From positions 129,582,001 to 129,646,000 of the forward strand of contig NC_058368.1 in assembly GCF_018350175.1 (NCBI RefSeq): 64,000 nt of DNA, written 5' to 3'. Made by a program: the position numbers and the translations under genes. This stretch comes from Felis catus (lineage: Eukaryota). Below the pieces are notes generated by a model. It was not told the DNA's origin. It made no database searches and worked only from the letters and a program-made list of their open reading frames with translations. Positions 1 to 11,350 of this stretch are shown here, in pieces (within the stretch, counting starts at the first letter, position 1; each line of letters opens with the position of its first letter).

Positions 1-68
1 ATCTTGTTTGAGGACACTGTGTTTGTGTTAATCTGTTACATAAACTGTATTAGTAGATAACTAATACA
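1..68 (+). mobile_element. 3' end of a MaLR-type LTR
   Basis: Ends ...gataactaataca, typical of MLT1/MST LTR termini. Confidence 0.45.
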
Positions 69-289
69 GTTCTACTGACTGTCACTACACCTGTCTTTTC
101 ATTCTGGAGGGAAGGGTAGCTATGGACCTAGAACCAGGGTAACCAATTTGGGAAATGCTTTGATGTTGACTAGTGGCCCTCGAAACCTGGTGCACAGCTG
201 TCATCTGGGATCCCTCATACTCATACCTTTGCCATCTTATTCCCTTTTCCCATGTATTCCTCTCAGTTTAATTCCTTTTCTGAGTAGAA

Positions 290-740
290 TACCTCCCTCA
301 ACAGTTTCCTCAGAAATTATCTTACATTTTTAAGATCTTTCATATCTAAAATATATTCATTCTACACTTCTTTTTGATTGTTAGTTGGGCTCGATATAGA
401 TTCTAGGTTGGAAATAGTTTTGAAGGCAGTGCTCCAACACAGTTGCTCTTGAGTTAACTGAGAAATTCTGATTCCTGATGCTTGGCATAACATCTGCTTC
501 TGTTCCTCCTCTCTAGAAATCTGTAAGGTTCTCTCTTTGTTCCCAGTGTTCTGAATATTCCAGTAATATGTTTTGGTGAAAGTCTATATTCATCTATTGT
601 TCTGGGCTTTCAGTGACCCCATTCATCCTGGAAACTCCAGTCTAACAGTCCAAAGGAATTCCCTTGAATCATAAGTCTCCCTCTATGTTCTCTGTTCTCT
701 CTTTTGAGAGTTCCTGTTACCTAGATGTTGGACTGGTCTC
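290..740 (-). mobile_element. Old L1/HAL1 fragment
   Basis: Diverged motifs such as gatatagattctaggttgg and ttcccagtgttctgaatattc resemble antisense old L1 ORF1 regions. Confidence 0.4.
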
Positions 741-1114
741 CTGTGTAAATGCTCCTTGAAATTTTAAAGACCCTACCTAGCACATCTTACAGTGGGCAAC
801 ATGAAGCAAAAAGCTTCCACTAGGATTTCAGCTCAGATTCTTATTATCCTCTACAGGTAGAAAGGATGCCACCTTCTGATTTTCATTGCACTTTTACCCC
901 AGCTGGTATTATTTCTTCTGATGATTTTCTGGTCATAGTGGTTTCTGAGACCCCTTTCCTTTCTCACAAACCAGTGAATTGCATGTACAGTAAAACGTCA
1001 CCATTGCTTTTTGTGTCCCTGCTTTATTTCCCAGAATGTGTTGTCTATCTAAGTAATTGTTCCACTTTTTTCCTTTTATCATGTTTTTTTAGAGCATTTG
1101 GGGACAAGCTGTTA

Positions 1115-1620
1115 CATTAGTTAGGAGTCTGAGTTGCAAGAGGTAGAAACCCAGTTTGAGCTAGCTTGAGGAAAAAAAAAAGTGGGGAAGGAAGATTTAC
1201 TTGGCAGATACAATCAAGTTACAGGAAATGCAGATTCTACTGGACTTCAGAAACAACGAGACTGGGGGCTGTATAACATGTAAATCAAGTCACCACTTCT
1301 TGCCCCTGCTCTTTTCTGATACTTTTATTCATTTCTCTTCAGCTTGTATCCATTGGACAAAAAATACGGTCACTAACAAACAGTTCCAGAGTTCTACATC
1401 TTGCACCTTTAGTCACTGGTGAGAGACTGACTCTGAATCCAAAATCTCAAAATCCCGGGTAATGAATGTGACTAGCCAAATTAGATTGAGGTGTCCATTT
1501 TTAGATCAGTCAACTCCAGATAGGAAATTGGGAACACAGAACAATAATGCTACCTGAGTGGATGATAGGGGAGGAGGACAGCCCCTACATTATGGGTGCT
1601 GATGCCAAGAAGACTATCCC
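1115..1620. mobile_element. Old ERVL/MaLR-like LTR
   Basis: Begins tagttaggagtctgagttgcaag...agaaaccca, a pattern seen in ancient MaLR/LTR33-like elements. Confidence 0.3.
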
Positions 1621-2075
1621 TTAGAGATTCCTGGTAGCAAACCTTCTTTTCCAGATGGTGGAGACTTAGCAACAGGTATCACTCTTCTCTGAGACACTGG
1701 GGCCAGATCTTTCACATGCTTAAATGACATTTGGCACCCAAATCCTAATGCACACAAAATTCATTTAGAGACAAAACAGCCCAAGAAAAGAACTGGGTTG
1801 AATCATTAATATCTGTTTTCCAAATTCATAGTTAACAGTCAAGTCGGAGTAAATACTTCCAGGTAACAAGTATTCTTAATAAAGAGCAGATACAAATCTT
1901 AATAAAGATTTGCCTTAATGGACTTGATTAGTCATTAACCTATCCCCAATTTACCAGATAATTTCCAACCTTCCCTCTCACCAGTGTGGGCCTGATTCAG
2001 AAGACGTGTGTAGAAAATAATGCTTATTCTTAAGTGGATGGTGAGACCCCTGAATACATTATAATTTTGAGTGAG

Positions 2076-2320
2076 TCACAGGAGACTTTCAAAATCTTTA
2101 ACTCTGAGGTTAATAAAAGCAGGAGTAATACGATTTTGTGCCAGACTTCTTTTACTTCTTTTACTGGAATGCTGGGTTTTAGGTCTTTCTAGATTTTTTT
2201 CAGCTTCTCCTGAGTCATTCAGTAGTTCACTCATCCTTTGCTCCATTCTTTCTTCTTCTTTCAGCTATTGCTTTCTCTTTTCACTGCTGTCTGTCTTCAA
2301 CTTTTGGTTGAGATGGTTAT
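2076..2320 (-). pseudogene. Candidate exon with an internal TAG
   Basis: Acceptor ttctgtttttctctgtag|AT; purine-rich, charged translation NHLNQKLKTDSSEKRKQ*LKEEERMEQRMSELL...RITPAFINLRVKDFESLL* (TAG at 2265-2267, TGA at 2076-2078). Confidence 0.5.
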
Positions 2321-2733
2321 CTACAGAGAAAAACAGAATTTCTTGTACAGAAAGCCAAAATCTAACTTACAGTTGTAAAAACTATTTTTTTTTTATAATT
2401 ACTTGAGTTTCCTGTAGTGGAGCAGCTGAGAAAAATTGCTCTAATTGTGTAATTTTCTGCAACTACTCTGGGACAAAAATCTTGGTAATTGGATTTCTTT
2501 TAACTAACACGTCGTCACAATTGGATAGTTCTTGAACTCTTTGTGCTTATGCTTCAGAAACTTTCAGTGGATATACAGTGTATTTTAAATGTTTTGCATC
2601 AACTTGTGGTCTCAAATTTGATTTATTTAACTTTGGGTTTTAAAATAGATGACAGCTCTGATTATACATTGTCTCCACTAAATGGACCTTTGCTAAGTTT
2701 TGTAGCCTCTTCATCCCCACCCTACACGCTGCT

Positions 2734-2755
2734 GTTGCCATGGGAACCGAGATCC

Positions 2756-2805
<50 letters not shown>

Positions 2806-2859
2806 CTCCGCCCCCAAGTGGCTCTGTCTCCCAGAGTGCTTTGCTGTTACTATGGAAAT
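2734..2859. promoter_or_regulatory. Promoter-like motif cluster: two RFX X-boxes, CRE half-site, GC box, ZNF143-like site
   Basis: GTTGCCATGGGAAC 2734-2747, TGACGT 2756-2761, CTCCGCCCCC 2806-2815, TCCCAGAGTGCTTTG 2829-2843, GTTACTATGGAAAT 2846-2859. Confidence 0.45.
2760..2802. repeat. (TG)n microsatellite
   Basis: Pure TG run. Confidence 0.95.
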
Positions 2860-3282
2860 GCTTGTCCATTAATCTTGTTGTCCTTCTACTACCAGAGCAC
2901 CTTTAACTGTCTCAAGCAATCAAGTGATGTTACCTACAGCAGAGAAAGGAAGGACTGCTTCCTATTCTACAACTGCAGCACCGATTTTAATCAAGATTTA
3001 ATTAAGGACCAGAAGAAACTAAAGCTACTCTAACAGTTCTCTTTTAAAAATATCCAAGCAGGATCCTGATCGATGCATAGGCACGTGCATTTGTTCATGC
3101 CCTTGCTTGAGACCTCTGAAAAAGCACACGACATATTTTTAAGCTACTTTTGTATTTAACATACAAGATAGCATAGTGGAATCTGGAGGACAGGTAGTCA
3201 TTCATTTTTTTACTGATGAAAACAATGTAATGCTTACCTCAAGTTTTCTGAAGAAAGTATTTTTGGAAATAGGCATGAAAAC

Positions 3283-3307
3283 CACACACACACACACACA
3301 CACACAC
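3283..3307. repeat. (CA)n microsatellite
   Basis: Pure CA run. Confidence 0.9.
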
Positions 3308-3453
3308 GTGCCTGCTCACTTGAACAAAGCTTTATCATCCTGTAGAACTGAGGGGTAGTAATTATGATACAAGGGAAGAAAATTAGCTAATGAGTTACAG
3401 ATACTTTTATAAACTTTGCCTCTTCTATTACCTTCAGGTTAGGCATCTGTGAA

Positions 3454-3635
3454 TGTTTTTATTTTTTTATTGAAGTATAGTTGACACACATTGTTACATT
3501 AGTATCAGGCATGCAACATAGTGATTCAACATCTCTATACATTATGCTCTGCTCTCCCCCAGTATAGCTGCCATCTGTCATCACCCATTATCACAGTATC
3601 ATTGACTGTATTCTGTATGATATACCTTTCATCCA
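3454..3635 (-). mobile_element. 3' end of an older carnivore-type L1
   Basis: T-rich tail then ttgaagtatagttgacacacattgttacattag, an antisense L1 3' UTR. Confidence 0.7.
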
Positions 3636-3650
3636 CATGAGGGCTGTTCT

Positions 3651-4296
3651 TTTTTTTTTTTTTTCAATATATGAAATTTGTGGTCAAATTGGTTTCCATA
3701 CAGCACCAGTGCTCATCCCAAAAGGTGCCCTCCTCAATACCCATCACCCACCCTCCCCTCCCTCCCACCCCCCATCAAACCTCAGTTTGTTCTCAGTTTT
3801 TAAGAGTCTCTTATGTTTTGGCTCTCTCCCACTCTAACCTCTTTTTTTTTCCTTCCCCTCCCCCATGGGTTTCTGTTAAGTTTCTCAGAATCCACCTAAG
3901 AGTGAAAACATATGGTATCTTTCTCTGTATGGCTTATTTCACTTAGCATCACACTCTCCAGTTCCATCCACGTTGCTACAAAGGGCCATATTTCATTCTT
4001 TCTCATTGCCACGTAGTACTGCATTGTGTATATAAACCACAATTTCTTTACCCATTCATCAGTTGATGGACATTTAGGCTCTTTCCATAATTTGGCTATT
4101 GTTGAGAGTGCTGCTATAAACATTGGGGTACAAGTGCCCCTATGCATCAGTACTCCTGTATCCCTTGGGTCAATTCCTAGCAGTGCTATTGCTGGGTCAT
4201 AGGGTAGGTGTATTTTTAATTTTTTGAGGAACCTCCACACTGTTTTCCAGAGTGGCTGCACCAGTTTGCATTCCCACCAACAGTGCAAGAGGGTCC
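3651..4296 (-). mobile_element. Young 5'-truncated felid L1
   Basis: Poly(T), L1 3' UTR and ORF2 C-terminus (ORF 3896..4288, [20 protein letters not shown]); TSD catga(g/a)ggctgttct at 3636-3650 and 4297-4311. Confidence 0.9.
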
Positions 4297-5645
4297 CATG
4301 AAGGCTGTTCTATTTTTACTTAACATTCTTTTCTCCACACATACCTTTATTTTCTGTATTTTATTTAATGTTACTTTATTTTTTATTTTTAATATAATTT
4401 ATTGTCAAATTGGCTAACATACAGTGTGTACAGCCTGCTCTTGATATGGGGGATAGATTCCTGTGATTCATCGTTTAGATACAATACCCACCTCTCATCC
4501 CAACAAGTGCCCTCCTCAATGCCCACCACCCATTTTCCCCTCTCCCCCACCCCGCATCAACCCTCAGTTTGTTCTCTGTAATTAAGAGTCTCTTATGGTT
4601 TGCCTCCCTCCCTCTCTGTTTATATTTATTTTTTCCCCTTCCCTTCCCCTGTGGTCTTCTGTTAAGTTTCTCAAGTTCCACATACGAGTGAAAACCATAT
4701 GGTATCTGTCTTTCTCTGACTGACTTATTTCACTTAGCATAATACCCTCCAATTCCATCCAAATCTGGCTGCAAATGGGGCCAGATTTCATTCTTTCTCA
4801 TTGCCAAGTAGTATTCCCTTGTATGTATAAACCACATCTTCTTTACCCATTCATCAGTTGTTGGACATTTAGGCTCTTTCCATAATTTGGCTGTTGTTGA
4901 AAGAACTACTATAAACATTGAGGTATATGTGCACCTATGCATCAGCATTCCTGTATCCTTTGGATAAATTAGTAGTAGTGCTATTGCTGGGTCATAGGGT
5001 AGTTCTATTTTTAATTTTTTAAGGAACCTCCAAACTGTTTTCCAGAGTGGCTGCACCAGTTTGCATTCCCACCAACAGTGCAAGAGGGTTCCCATTCCTC
5101 CACATCTGTTGTTTCCTGAGTTGTTAATTTTAGCCACTCTAACTGGAGTGAGGTGATATCTCAGTGTGGTTTTGATTTTCATTTCCCTGATGATGACTGA
5201 TGTTGAGCATCTTTTCGTGTGTCTATTGACCACCTGGATGTCTTCTTTGGAAAAGTGTCTTTTCACGTCTTCTGCCCATTTCTTCACTGAATTATTTGTT
5301 TTTCAGGTATTGAGTTTGGTAAGTTCTTTATAGATTTTGGATGCTAACCCTTTTTCTGATATGTCATTTGAAAGTATCTTTTCCCATTCTGTCAGTTGCC
5401 TTTTAGTTTTGTCGATTATTTCCTTTGCAGTGCAGAAGCTTTTTGTCTTGATGAGGTCCCAATAGTTCATTTTTGCTTTTAATTCCCTTGCCTTTGGAGA
5501 CATGTCAAACAAGAAATTGCTGCAGTGGTCAAAGAGGTTGTTGCCTGTTGTCTCCTCTAGGATTTTGATGGTTTCCTGTCTCACATTTAGGTCTTTCATC
5601 CATTTTGAGTTTATTTTTGTGTATGGTATAAGAAAGTGGTCTGGA

Positions 5646-5875
5646 GGGGCGCCTGGGTGGCTCAGTTGGTTGAGAGACCGACTTCAGCTCAGGTCATGAT
5701 CTCACGGTTCGTGAGTTCGAGCCCTGCATCGGGTTCTGTGCTGACAGCTCAGGGCCTGGAGCCTGCTTCGGATTCTGTGTCTCCCTCTCTCTCTGCTCCT
5801 CCCCTGCTCACACTCCGTATCTCTCTCAAAAATAAATAAAACTTTAAAAAAATAATAAAAATAAAAAAATAAAAA
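5646..5875 (+). mobile_element. CAN SINE (SINEC)
   Basis: ggggcgcctgggtggctcag head, CT tract, A tail; TSD aagaaagtggtctgg at 5630-5644 and 6093-6107 encloses this and the next SINE. Confidence 0.92.
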
Positions 5876-6092
5876 GGGGCACCTGGGTGGCGCAGTCGGT
5901 TAAGTGTCTGACTTCAGCCAGGTCACGATCTCGCGGTCCGTGAGTTCGAGCCCCACGTCAGGCTCTGGGCTGATGGCTCGGAGCCTGGAGCCTGTTTCCG
6001 ATTCTGTGTCTCCCTCTCTCTCTGCCCCTCCCCTGTTCATGCTCTGTCTCTCTCTGTCCCAAAAATAAATAAAAAACATTGAAAAAAAAAAA
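5876..6092 (+). mobile_element. Felid SINEC_Fc inserted in the tail of the preceding SINE
   Basis: Diagnostic acttcagccaggtcacgatctcgcggtccgtgag body and A tail. Confidence 0.92.
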
Positions 6093-7292
6093 AAGAAAGT
6101 GGTCTGGTTTCATTCTTCTGCCATGTTGCTGTCCAGTTCTCCCAGCACCACTTGCTAAAGAGACTGTCTTTTTTCCAATGGATACTCTTTCCTGCTTTGT
6201 CAAAGATTACTTGGCCATACATTTGTGGGTCCTTTTATGGGTTGTCTATTCTATTCCATTGGTCTATGGGTCTCTTTCTGTGCCAATACCATACTGTCTT
6301 GATGATTACAGCTTTGTAGTAGAGGCTAAAGTCTGGGATTGTGATACCTCTCGCTTTGGTTTTCTTTTTCAACATTACTTTAGCTATTCAGGGTCTTTTG
6401 TGGTTCCATACAAATTTTAGAATTGCTTGTTCTAGCTTTGAGAAGACTGCCGGTGCAATTTTGATTGGGATTGCATTGAATGTGTAGACTGCTTTGGGTA
6501 GTATTGACATTTTAACAGTATTTATTCTTCCAACCCATGAGCATGGAATGTTTTTCCATTTCTTTGTGTTGTCTTCAATTTCCTTCATAAGCTTTCTATA
6601 GTTTTCAGCATACAGATCTTTTATGTCTTTGATTAGGTTTCCTTCTAGGTATTTCATGGTTCTTGGTGCAGTTGTAAATGGGATTGATTTCTTGATTTCT
6701 CTTTCTGTTGCTTCACTATTTGTGTGTAGAAATGCAACCGATTTCTTTACATTGATTTTGTATCCTGCAATTTTGCTGAATTCATGTATCAGTTCTAGCA
6801 GCTTTTTGGTGGAGTCTTTCAGGTTTTCCATGTAGAGTATCATGTCGTCTGTGAAAAGTAAACGTTTGACTTCTTCTTTGCCAATTTTTAGGCATCTGTG
6901 AAATTTTGAATTTGACACTATGGTCATTTGTGCAAGGTAAAAATAGGACTTATTTGTAATTCTGGAAGGATTTTCCAGGTCATCAGGGGGAAAAAAAAGT
7001 ATTTGAAAACAAATCTCGGCCTCGGCCTGGTCACCCTGGATGTGAAATGAGAACTGGAAAGATTAGACTCGCTCTGACAAATGATATGTGTCCAATAGCT
7101 GTTTTTAAAAGTAGGAAAATGGCATAAATATGGGGGATGATGGAATCAAGTTGATACCTAGAGCAAAGAGAGGCTGCCTTTGTTCTGAAAATAATCACAT
7201 GATATTGAAGATGTGAGCAAGGAGAGGAAAAATCAAGGTGGGCAAATAGCACAAAGGACCAGGAGTGTCCTCTTTTCTAAAGACCCACAGGA

Positions 7293-7516
7293 GGGGCACC
7301 TGGATGGCTCAGTCATTTGGGCATCTGACTTCGGCTCAGGTCATGATCTCGCAGTCCATGGGTTTGAGCCCCACATGGGGCTCTGTGCTGACAGCTCAGA
7401 GCCTGAAGCCTGCTTCGGATTCTGTGTCTCTCTCTCTGCCCCTCCCTCACTTGCACTCTGTTTCTCTCTGTCTCTCAAAAATAAATAAATGTTAAAAAAA
7501 TTAAAAAAAAAAAAAA
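7293..7516 (+). mobile_element. CAN SINE
   Basis: tRNA-derived head, CT tract, A tail. Confidence 0.9.
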
Positions 7517-7596
7517 GACTTGCAGGAGCAGGAATGGTTGTGACTCTGGGCAATCTAAACAAGGCTACTTGTTGCTGTGGCACCTGGCTCTGATGT

Positions 7597-7645
7597 AAAA
7601 CAAAACAAAACAAAACAAAACATGAATGAATGAATGAATGAACGA
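7597..7645. repeat. (CAAAA)n followed by (GAAT)n
   Basis: Direct reading. Confidence 0.85.
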
Positions 7646-7947
7646 ACAAACTGGTTTGACACAGAATTTTAGGAGATTTGTTCAAATGTCTCATTGGAAA
7701 GAATGGAGGTCCATAAGCCTAGCACTCATACAATGGCAAGAAGAGTCTGCCTACAGAAACCAGATCTTGTATATAGATTAGAATAAGGGGGGAAAAAAGA
7801 TTAGATTGGTAGGATTTTGTCAAACAGCCAGAGAATGCATAAAGTGGCAACTTCAGCATTTGAACATCACCTTAAGCTTCCAGTGACCTGTTTGGTTAAG
7901 TCCAAATGATGTGTTATCCCCTCAAATGTATTTTTTTCCCACCCCCT

Positions 7948-8426
7948 TTTGTTTCCTACAGTTGCTGTAACAAAGTACCACCAACTGGGCAGCTTAAAAC
8001 AACAGAATTTATTGTTTCACAGTTTTGGAGGCTTGAAGTCCAAAATCAAGATATCAGCAAGTTCATGCTCCCCCTGAAACTTGTAGGAGATAATCCTTTG
8101 GGCCTCTTCTAGCTTCCATATTTGCCAGGAATCCTTGTTATCGCTTGGCTTGGAGATACATCATTTCAATCTGTGCCTCCATCATCACATGGCCATCTTG
8201 TCTAGTGTGTCTTCATATCATCTTCCTTCTATGCATTCCTATGTCCAAATTCCCCTCTGCTTCTAAGGACTCGGTCACCTTGGATTAGAGGCCCACCCTG
8301 CTCTAGCATGACTCATCTTAAGTAATTACATCTGCAACGACCCTATTTCCAAGTAAGATTATGTTCTGAGATACAAGTAGTCAGGATTTCAGCATCTCTT
8401 CTAAGGACACACTTCAACCCATAACA
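7948..8426 (-). mobile_element. MLT1 (MaLR) solo LTR
   Basis: gctgtaacaaagtaccaccaactggg...cttaaaacaacagaatttatt through ttcaacccataaca. Confidence 0.8.
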
Positions 8427-8640
8427 CCTTCTCTCAGAAATAATATCAAGAAAAGTACACAGGAAAATTAGTAATTAGAAAATTAAGTTTTTGGAAATCT
8501 TGACCACTTTAGGCCATCTGAACTCCTTCAGTTTTTTGGAGTACAAGTGAATGGAGTCATATTTATTAAAGTTCAATTTACTTTCATACCAGGGAGGGAT
8601 GAGGTAAGGATAATAATCATGAGGATAGTGGTGGTGATGG

Positions 8641-8820
8641 CAGATAACACTTACCGAATGCTTATTATGAGCATGGTGATATTCTAAATACTATACATGT
8701 ATTCATTTATTAAGTCCTTACAACCATATGGTAAGGAAGGTTCTTATTATTGTCCTCATCTTACAGATGAGGAAACAGAAGAACAGAGAGGTTAATGTAA
8801 TTGGTTTGGAGCAAGCAGCC
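8641..8820 (-). mobile_element. MIR
   Basis: Antisense MIR core ttacagatgaggaaac. Confidence 0.7.
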
Positions 8821-8915
8821 AGCAGAAATACCACTGCATCTCCATAAGTCTGTCCTCACATTCTACCGTAAAGTCTTCAATGTAATCACATGAAAACTTG
8901 GAACTTCCTAATTTA

Positions 8916-9144
8916 TTTATTTTTTTTTTAATTTTTTTTTTCAACGTTTATTTATTTTTGGGACAGAGAGAGACAGAGCATGAACGGGGGAGGGGCAGAG
9001 AGAGAGGGAGACACAGAATCGGAAACAGGCTCCAGGCTCTGAGCCGTCAGCCCAGAGCCCGACGCGGGGCTCGAACTCACGGACCGCGAGATCGTGACCT
9101 GGCTGAAGTCGGACGCTTAACCGACTGCGCCACCCAGGCGCCCC
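8916..9144 (-). mobile_element. Young SINEC_Fc
   Basis: CpGs intact; perfect TSD tggaacttcctaattta at 8899-8915 and 9145-9161. Confidence 0.95.
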
Positions 9145-9227
9145 TGGAACTTCCTAATTTAAAGAATGCTTTTCATACACCCAGTCTCCCAAAAGTGGAT
9201 TCAGAGAGGAACTAAAGGTGGCGTTGT

Positions 9228-9454
9228 GGGGCGCCTGGGTGGCGCAGTCGGTTAAGCGTCCGACTTCAGCCAGGTCACGATCTCGCGGTCCGTGAGTTCG
9301 AGCCCCGCGTCGGGCTCTGGGCTGACGGCTCAGAGCCTGGAGCCTGTTTCCGATTCTGTGTCTCCCTCTCTCTCTGCCCCTCCCCCGTTCATGCTCTGTC
9401 TCTCTCTGTCCCAAAAATAAAATAAACGTTGAAAAAAAAAATTTTTTTTAAAAA
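9228..9454 (+). mobile_element. Young SINEC_Fc
   Basis: CpGs intact; perfect TSD taaaggtggcgttgt at 9213-9227 and 9455-9469. Confidence 0.95.
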
Positions 9455-10549
9455 TAAAGGTGGCGTTGTATGTTTTTAAATCAGCACCCATTTCCCCTCC
9501 CATGTGAAAAGGAACGTGCATGTGCCTGTCCACATAGGTCTCTCTGGGTTGCAGATCTCTGCTGGGAGTCCGCATCTTGAGTTGCTCAGGTTGAATCATG
9601 GATGCCATGTTATTTTCAGCATTCCTTTTTTATTTTTATGCCTATAGAATGGATCCACTTAATACTAAGTTTTGGGTTATTTATAGACATAGGAATATGA
9701 ATTCTTTCCCCAATACAAAAAAAAAAAATGTAGGTCATCAGTCTAAGAACAATGTGCCAAAAAAGTTGCATTATGCTTGTTATTTACCTAGATCTGGGAG
9801 AGCTAGGGTGATTGATAGCAATTAAGACATCAGTATTCTCATTCTCCTGGGATTTCTTGTATGAATTACGAGAGCATACTGATTTGACTTGTTTGTCCAT
9901 CCATGTATTTAATTAGTTCCACCAGACAACAATAAAACAAATTCTTTGTTGTATGCTCACCAGAACTTCTATGTCCTAGGGTGACTTTATGTAAAAACAG
10001 GACCCTCACAAATACAAAATGCACAAAATACGTGAGTGCATTCATCTCATCGTTGGAGCCTGTGTGTTCGGGACATAAATCTATCGTGCAGTGTAAATAT
10101 TTTTCCATAAAATGTAAAAGCTGAACACATTGTGAGCATGCAAGAGTTATAAAACAATGCCCAAGTTAATCAATTAAATATAGAGCTTAAATTGGAAGCA
10201 ATCCCACACCTTCGTTAAAATTACAGAGTTTAGTGCCACTCCCCAAGTCTTGAGACATTCCATCCTGGAGAGAGCAGAAATGAAATCTCCTCTATATATG
10301 TTTGCCTTCCCTGTCCACTGTCTGAGGGCTTTTAGAATTCCTGATTTACCTTCATGGGATCCTGCATGACATTGCTTTTGATGAAGGGACAAATTTTGCA
10401 GCACAGTATGTATGCCACTGGAAAAGGCACATGACCAAAGGGTCCATTTGTTCTACCATAAGCCAAACTCATGCAGAAGCAGCATATATGACGGAATGTT
10501 GGAATGACCTATTAAAGATTCGGATAAGACAATAGTCCAAAGACAAAAT

Positions 10550-11350
10550 CCTCTAGGTTGGGGAGCTCTTTCAGATGTGCTGAGCAACAGTTGATACACG
10601 GTAGCTAAAATACATGGATCTGGGGAAAAAGGGATGGAAGTAGAATTGGTCCTTGTCATAATCGCTCCTAATAGCTCACTTCCTATTTATACTTCCAGCT
10701 CCTACAACTTAGGTTCTTCTGGATTAGAGGTCCTGGTTCCCAGTGAGACTACCTTTCTACCAAGGAACATGGTAAGGTAAGGGATCCACTGAACCTACAC
10801 CCACAGCTGCCAACTAGTCATGCAGAGCTCTTCCTGCCTGTGGATCAGCAATCAAAGGAAGGGGTCCCTGTATTGTTAGGAGAAATATTTCTTAATTATC
10901 ATGAGATGCTAGGGTTGCTGTTGCATGATGGAGTCAAGGAGGAATATGCCTGAAACTGGGGAGATTCACTGAGTTTTCTGTTGGTGCTTCCATTCCTGAT
11001 GGTAATGGTGAATGGGAAATGATAGAAATCATGACCTAACAAAGGCATGATAACCAGGATACCAGACTCTCAGAGATAAAGGTCTGGGTTATTCCATCAG
11101 GTAAGCAATCTAAGGTGACAGATGTGATGGTCAAGGGTAGAGGAAATCTAGAATGGGTGTTAGAGGAAGGAAATAACAAATATCAATTCCAACCTGGGGA
11201 CAAGCTGCAGCTCTTGTTCTGTACTTGTTCAGCTAACTTTCTCATATTGTTTTAATGAGACTGTGTCCTTGACCTTGAAGAGGTCACACCACATAATGGC
11301 AGAATGGGCTTAATGTGGGGGCTCAAGCAGATCTGAGAGGGAATACAACA
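10550..11350 (+). mobile_element. ERVL/MaLR internal fragment with a degenerate dUTPase-like region
   Basis: Translates to LGSSGLEVLVP...PLNLHPQLPTSHAELFLPVDQQSKEGVPVLLGEI...LGLLLHDGVKEEYA*NWGDSL...VNG, resembling the ERV-L dUTPase region. Confidence 0.7.

Larger units (their letters stand above)
4370..6887 (-). mobile_element. 5'-truncated L1 with disrupted ORF2, interrupted by two SINEs
   Basis: ORF2 fragments include the RT motif [10 protein letters not shown] and the C-terminal HCWWEC; 3' UTR and T-rich tail near 4370. Confidence 0.9.

Noticed and set aside
2071..2406. 111-aa plus-strand ORF
   Set aside because: Leu/Ser/Phe-rich antisense shadow of the purine-rich minus-strand exon candidate.
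3896..6927. Longest ORFs with clear protein similarity
   Set aside because: Fragments of L1 ORF2 in truncated, interrupted copies, not host genes.
8898..9608. Repeated ORFs such as GQRETEHERGRGRERGRHRIGNRLQA
   Set aside because: Antisense translation of SINEC_Fc.
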